NCBI GenBank assembly: GCA_964230645.1 | Contig: CAXRHT010000002.1 | Location: forward strand, 1,408,001 to 1,472,000 | Direction of reading: 5' to 3' | Length of the DNA stretch: 64,000 nucleotides | From: Bdellovibrionales bacterium | Lineage (GTDB): Bacteria; Bdellovibrionota; Bdellovibrionia; Bdellovibrionales; JAGQZY01 | Shown: positions 59,558 to 64,000 of the stretch, piece after piece | How positions within the stretch are numbered: position 1 is the stretch's first letter | Layout of the letters: each line of letters starts with the position of its first letter | Notes under the pieces: generated by a model | Database searches by the model: none | The model's input: the letters and a program-made list of their open reading frames with translations, nothing else | Told to the model about the DNA's origin: nothing | Program-made: the position numbers and the translations under genes

Positions 59558-59989
59558 TCACCTTCTGCTGGAATTAATCTCGTCGATCTGCTTTTGTTCC
59601 AACTTCTTTTTCTTTTTCAAATACTTCGCTTTTTCATTTTCTTTATGAAGCTCAATTTTACGAAAACGCAATTGCAGCTCTTGTAGTTTTTCAAGTCGTC
59701 TCTGGAACTCTTCTTCTGCCATAGATATTTCCTGTGAAACCAGCTGCATTTGTTCTTTGATCTTGAGTATGTAACGATTGTTATCGTTTATAAAATGCAA
59801 ATCTTTAATGTCTCGACCAAATTGAGAGTTTTTTCTGTAGGCCTCATTCATTTCCATCTCCAAGTCTCGATAATGTTTTTGTAGAGCATTCCTATAGTTT
59901 TCAGCCTCTTTAAGCTCCTGCAAGGCTTGAGTGCGTTCAAATTTCACAAATTTTAAATAGGACTCCGTCCTATACTTAAATTTCTTCAT
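59558..59989 (-). CDS. fliJ: Flagellar export protein FliJ
   Basis: MKKFKYR, coiled coil, EQKQIDE; follows fliI. Confidence 0.85.
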   Translation of the reverse strand: MKKFKYRTESYLKFVKFERTQALQELKEAENYRNALQKHYRDLEMEMNEAYRKNSQFGRDIKDLHFINDNNRYILKIKEQMQLVSQEISMAEEEFQRRLEKLQELQLRFRKIELHKENEKAKYLKKKKKLEQKQIDEINSSRR

Positions 59990-61304
59990 TTTCCTCAGCG
60001 ATCATATGAAGCTCGTTAATGGCCTGATCAAAAGTCCACTGCTCCTCCACATCTTGTGTTAAAAAGCGGTCCAGCTTGCGATTGATATTGATGGCTTGAT
60101 CCAATTCGCGGTTATTTCCCTGTTGGTAAGCACCGATTCGAATGAGATCCTCATTTTCCCTGTAAAGAGCTAGTCCCGCACGAGCTACTCTCACTGAAGC
60201 TTTGTGCTCATCACTGATAATATTTGACATAACACGACTCGCACTTTGCAGGACATCAATGGCTGGAAAGTGTCCTTTCTGTGCCAATCTGCGATCAAGC
60301 ACTATATGTCCATCAACAATAGATCTCACCGAATCAGCGATAGGGTCATCCATATCATCCCCTTCCACTAAAACTGTGTATAGACCTGTAATGGAGCCTC
60401 CATTATCAAAATGTCCGGCTCTTTCGAGCAGTTTTGGTAAAAGTCCAAAAACACTTGGGGTATAACCTTTTGTCGTTACTGGCTCTCCAGCGTTGAGCCC
60501 TATTTCACGTTGAGCCATTGCAAAACGAGTGAGAGAGTCCATCATCAACATCACGTTCATACCCTGATCAGAAAAATGCTCGGCAATGGCTGTTGCGACA
60601 AAAGCTCCTCTCATACGAATCAATGGACTTTGGTCACTTGTCACAGCAATTATGACTGATTTTTTAAGCCCCTCTTCACCTAAGATATTTTCAATAAACT
60701 CTCTAACCTCTCGGCCTCGCTCACCGATAAGTGCTATAACATTCACATCAGATTGGGTGTTCCTGGCCATCATTCCCATAAGGACCGATTTTCCAACACC
60801 GGAGCCGGCCATGATACCAACCCTTTGACCCTTACCCACTGTTAAAAATGAATTTATTGATTTCACTCCTAGATCAAGAGGACTATCAATGGGTTTTCTT
60901 TCAAGGGGATTACAGGTGGACTTATAAAGGTAAGCCTCGCTATTGTATTCAATGTCACCTTTATTATCGATTGGATTCCCAAGTCCATCAATGACCCGTC
61001 CAAGAAGACTATCACTGACTTTGATGGTTGCCGTTGTTCTTAGGAGTTCAATTCGGCTACCAAATCCAATAGCTGTCATCTCCGTTAGAGGCATCATCAA
61101 AACCTTCTGGTTTTGAAAACCTATCACCTCGGAAATAATGGGTGGTCTTCCGGCTGCATGAATTTCACAAATACTCCCGAGTTTAGCACCGGGTAGATAG
61201 CCTTCAATCAAATGACCCACAACATCGGTTACCTTGCCAATATCTTTGACAAGAACTCTACGTTCGAGGGTCTGAATGTATCGCTGAAATTCCGCCTGAC
61301 TCAA
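59976..61304 (-). CDS. fliI: Flagellar export ATPase
   Basis: AGSGVGKS, IGERGREV, DSLTRFAMAQREI, VDGHIVL. Confidence 0.96.
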   Translation of the reverse strand: MSQAEFQRYIQTLERRVLVKDIGKVTDVVGHLIEGYLPGAKLGSICEIHAAGRPPIISEVIGFQNQKVLMMPLTEMTAIGFGSRIELLRTTATIKVSDSLLGRVIDGLGNPIDNKGDIEYNSEAYLYKSTCNPLERKPIDSPLDLGVKSINSFLTVGKGQRVGIMAGSGVGKSVLMGMMARNTQSDVNVIALIGERGREVREFIENILGEEGLKKSVIIAVTSDQSPLIRMRGAFVATAIAEHFSDQGMNVMLMMDSLTRFAMAQREIGLNAGEPVTTKGYTPSVFGLLPKLLERAGHFDNGGSITGLYTVLVEGDDMDDPIADSVRSIVDGHIVLDRRLAQKGHFPAIDVLQSASRVMSNIISDEHKASVRVARAGLALYRENEDLIRIGAYQQGNNRELDQAININRKLDRFLTQDVEEQWTFDQAINELHMIAEENEEI

Positions 61305-61320
61305 AAGCTCTCCCGTAAAG

Positions 61321-62067
61321 TTAGTTGTGATCGTCTAGAATTTTTTCGAGCTTCTCTAGGCGCTCTTCCACTCGCGCATCAATCACTCCAAATTGGGATT
61401 CAATGATCACTCCACCACGGGAGACATCACGATCTTCTTCGATTTTTGTGGAAGGATCCACATCCACCTCTTGAAAGAATTGAGTTTTGTTTTCTTCAAT
61501 CCATTTCAAATCTTCTGGTGAAACACGAATGGTTATATTTTCGTCACTTTGAACCATCTCAATTGTCTTTTTGGTGAGATTCATGATGTAGGCCTCATCC
61601 TCTTGGATTTCCTTCATTAGAAGACGTTTAGCCATATAAAAACAAAGCTTCGCTAGTTGTTTTTCATTTTCTTTTTCTAAGTTGGTTTTGATATTTTTAA
61701 TTTCGTCAATGAGCTGAACCATGTGCTCCATTTCACCGTCGATGCGTTCCTTCTCTTCGTGGTAAGCTTTTTCTTTTCCCTCTTTTAACCCGAGGGAATA
61801 GGCCTCTTTGTAGGCTTTTTCTTGAACCTCTTGGCTTAACTTGAGGGCTTGATCGGCTATTTCCTTTTGTTGACTCTGTTTTTCAATCTCTTCGATCCCA
61901 GTAAACTCGGAAACGATTTTATCAACACGGAAATCCCCTCTGGCCTCATGGTTACGAACATACTCCAAAGCCTCTTCACTCAGAACCGAGTCAATCGTCT
62001 TGGGTTGATAATTGATGGCCAGCTCTTTTGCTGACTCTTTTTCAATTATGTTCTTAGACAAGGGCAT
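61321..62067 (-). CDS. fliH: Flagellar assembly protein FliH
   Basis: AxxxG repeats, IRVSP.D, GGVIIES.FG.IDA. Confidence 0.9.
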   Translation of the reverse strand: MPLSKNIIEKESAKELAINYQPKTIDSVLSEEALEYVRNHEARGDFRVDKIVSEFTGIEEIEKQSQQKEIADQALKLSQEVQEKAYKEAYSLGLKEGKEKAYHEEKERIDGEMEHMVQLIDEIKNIKTNLEKENEKQLAKLCFYMAKRLLMKEIQEDEAYIMNLTKKTIEMVQSDENITIRVSPEDLKWIEENKTQFFQEVDVDPSTKIEEDRDVSRGGVIIESQFGVIDARVEERLEKLEKILDDHN

Positions 62068-63106
62068 CTTCAGCACCACCTCTAGCTATAATAATCTTAC
62101 CTTCTGTCTCTAAGCGACGAGCCACATTGACGATTTCCATCTGTGCGGATTCAACATCGGATACACGGGCTGGTCCCATGGTTGAAAGATCGTCTGTGAG
62201 TAAATCAGCCGCTCGCTTAGAAAGATTCTTAAAGATTTTATCCTTAATCTCCTGATTGGCCGTTTTAAGGGCCAGTAGAAGCTTATCGTTAGTAACTTCT
62301 TTAAGAAGAGCTTGGATTCCACGATCATCGATTTTAACGATATCATCGAAGATGAACATAAGTTTTCTGATCTCTTCAGCAAGAAGAGGATCTTTCTCTT
62401 CGACTCGAGACATAATGGCTTTCTCAGCCCCTTTATCCATAACGTTAAGCATTTCAGCCACGGTTTGAACACCTCCAAGTTGAGACTGCTCAACAGTACC
62501 GATATTAGCAAGTTCGTCTTTAAGAACGCGGTCCACTTCGCTAATAAGCTCAGGAGCCACATGATCCAAGTTTGCCATCCTTAATACAACTTCAGCTTGC
62601 AGCGTTTCAGGGAGGCGTTTTAAAACCTCTCCTTTTTTCTCAGGCTCTAGGTGAGCGAGAATGACTGAAACAGTTTGCGGATGCTCGTTAATTAAAAAGT
62701 TTGCTAAAGACTTCGCATCAACAAGTTCTAAACTCTCCAGAGACCGTGTGGAATTGGTCGCGGCATTGAGGTGCCCTAGAATACTGCGAGCTCTCTCTTC
62801 ACCGAGAGCGTCCATAATTGTTTCTTTTGAAGCCGATTGGTCAGAGAAGATATAATCTTCTGATTCACTGATGAGATCATAAAATTCTTCAAGAACCTTT
62901 TTAGTCACATGAATAGGTACAATGCGATATTTTTGCATCATGGTGACAAGCTTTCGAATATCAGCATCATCCATTTTTGCGAGGAGTTTTTTAGAAGCCT
63001 CTGGCCCTAGGTAATTGACTAATATTGCCGCCTTTTCAAAGCCACGCAACTTATCAAAGGTGATATCAGATATTTTCTTGAGTTTTATTGCCGCTTCATT
63101 CGCCAT
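62054..63106 (-). CDS. fliG: Flagellar motor switch protein FliG
   Basis: EKAAIL, EHPQT, GG..VAEMLN, MFIFDD. Confidence 0.96.
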   Translation of the reverse strand: MANEAAIKLKKISDITFDKLRGFEKAAILVNYLGPEASKKLLAKMDDADIRKLVTMMQKYRIVPIHVTKKVLEEFYDLISESEDYIFSDQSASKETIMDALGEERARSILGHLNAATNSTRSLESLELVDAKSLANFLINEHPQTVSVILAHLEPEKKGEVLKRLPETLQAEVVLRMANLDHVAPELISEVDRVLKDELANIGTVEQSQLGGVQTVAEMLNVMDKGAEKAIMSRVEEKDPLLAEEIRKLMFIFDDIVKIDDRGIQALLKEVTNDKLLLALKTANQEIKDKIFKNLSKRAADLLTDDLSTMGPARVSDVESAQMEIVNVARRLETEGKIIIARGGAEDALV

Positions 63107-63999
63107 TAAAAGTCTCTCCTAATTAACCATAAACTAAAGGCTCCAGAGGCTTTCTCTGTATCCTCATCTAAAATCGCCATAATTCTTTCCCGCAGGATTT
63201 CACTCTCAGCTTTCTCTGGATCAACAGGTTCTTCCAGAATCGGCATGGCCGAACTCATTCCTGGAAGAGCATTGTCCACTCCATGCAGTTCTTCTAATTC
63301 CTCAATTGTTTTTGGCAACATGTCTTCAATGGAGTCATGGAAGCTGTCTGTAACCCATCTCACAAAAGGTTTCACCATCAAGAAGAAGATCAAGATGAGA
63401 CCAAAGCCGGCCAGAGCCCAACTAGCCAGAAAGCGTAGAAGCTTTTCCCTGTGAAGGGTTGTGACAAGTTTATCCGCTTCAACAAAATCTTCCTGCTTAA
63501 ACTGGAAGGACTCCATACTTATAGAATCACCTCTAGTTTCACTAAATCCAATGACATTCTTTACAAGTGTTTCAAATCGCTGCAACTCTTCCTCATCACG
63601 AGGCACCCACTGGGTCTTTTGCTTTCCATCGGCCCCTTCGCCTTCAGCAAGCGGAACTTTTTGATACACTCCATCCACCATGACGGCGACGGAGACTCGG
63701 CTGATGGTCCCTGCCGACTCAACAATGTTTTTTACTGTTTTCGGAACGGCATAATTTGTTGTCTTAAGCTCTCGATTCACATCTTGATTGAAATTGACTC
63801 GCCCCGCCTCTTCAGCGCCTGGAATATTGGCTCTCGCCCCAGGCACTCCCGTTGGGTTACTTCTGTTTCCTTGTGATCTTTCTTCTTCCGTTTGTATACT
63901 ACGAATGGCTGTTCGATCAGGGTCAACCTCTTCTTTTACCATTGTCACTTGCTGAGGATTTAAGGTCGCGTTAACTCGAGCAATCACATTCCCTTCACC
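63106..63999 (-). CDS. fliF: Flagellar M-ring protein FliF (5'-truncated by window edge)
   Basis: GVPGARAN, TTNY, RVSVAVMVDG, RGDSI, second TM; frame is open to the window end. Confidence 0.93.
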   Translation of the reverse strand, partial: GEGNVIARVNATLNPQQVTMVKEEVDPDRTAIRSIQTEEERSQGNRSNPTGVPGARANIPGAEEAGRVNFNQDVNRELKTTNYAVPKTVKNIVESAGTISRVSVAVMVDGVYQKVPLAEGEGADGKQKTQWVPRDEEELQRFETLVKNVIGFSETRGDSISMESFQFKQEDFVEADKLVTTLHREKLLRFLASWALAGFGLILIFFLMVKPFVRWVTDSFHDSIEDMLPKTIEELEELHGVDNALPGMSSAMPILEEPVDPEKAESEILRERIMAILDEDTEKASGAFSLWLIRRDF

Positions 64000-64000
64000 C

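Noticed and set aside
1..64000. CRISPR arrays, tRNA/rRNA, IS elements, known riboswitches
   Set aside because: None recognised by eye. Intergenic hairpins are unique terminators rather than repeats; an Rfam/tRNAscan run is needed to exclude RNAs formally.

Overview
64 kb of a bacterial chromosome, most consistent with a predatory Bdellovibrionota (Bdellovibrionales-like) genome. This is inferred from gene content and order and from an FQNC-type lipoprotein signal. The backbone is housekeeping: aspS, rpoH, ppa, a PcrA/UvrD helicase, PBP1B, ileS-lspA-lgt, HU and a KamA-like radical SAM enzyme. Two minus-strand flagellar operons flank it: fliF(partial)-G-H-I-J-motE-like-fliK-flgD-flgE, and a sigma54-driven fliL-M-N-O-P-Q-R-flhB-A-F-G-fliA. 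Accessory genes in between include a lipoprotein T7-lysozyme-like amidase coupled to a small Cys-rich secreted protein, a stress-type block (FNT channel, topoisomerase IB, DUF2945, DUF2254), a rhomboid plus RDD/TamB-like pair, a secreted protein-glutaminase-like enzyme, two DUF507 genes with an OM beta-barrel, an ECF16-type sigma/NrsF pair with a cognate-looking promoter inside the sigma gene, a DUF1592 cytochrome/DUF1552 pair, a secreted PG deacetylase and several orphan secreted proteins. I recognised no tRNA, rRNA, CRISPR array, IS element, integrase or prophage. All family calls come from motif recognition by eye; no searches were run.
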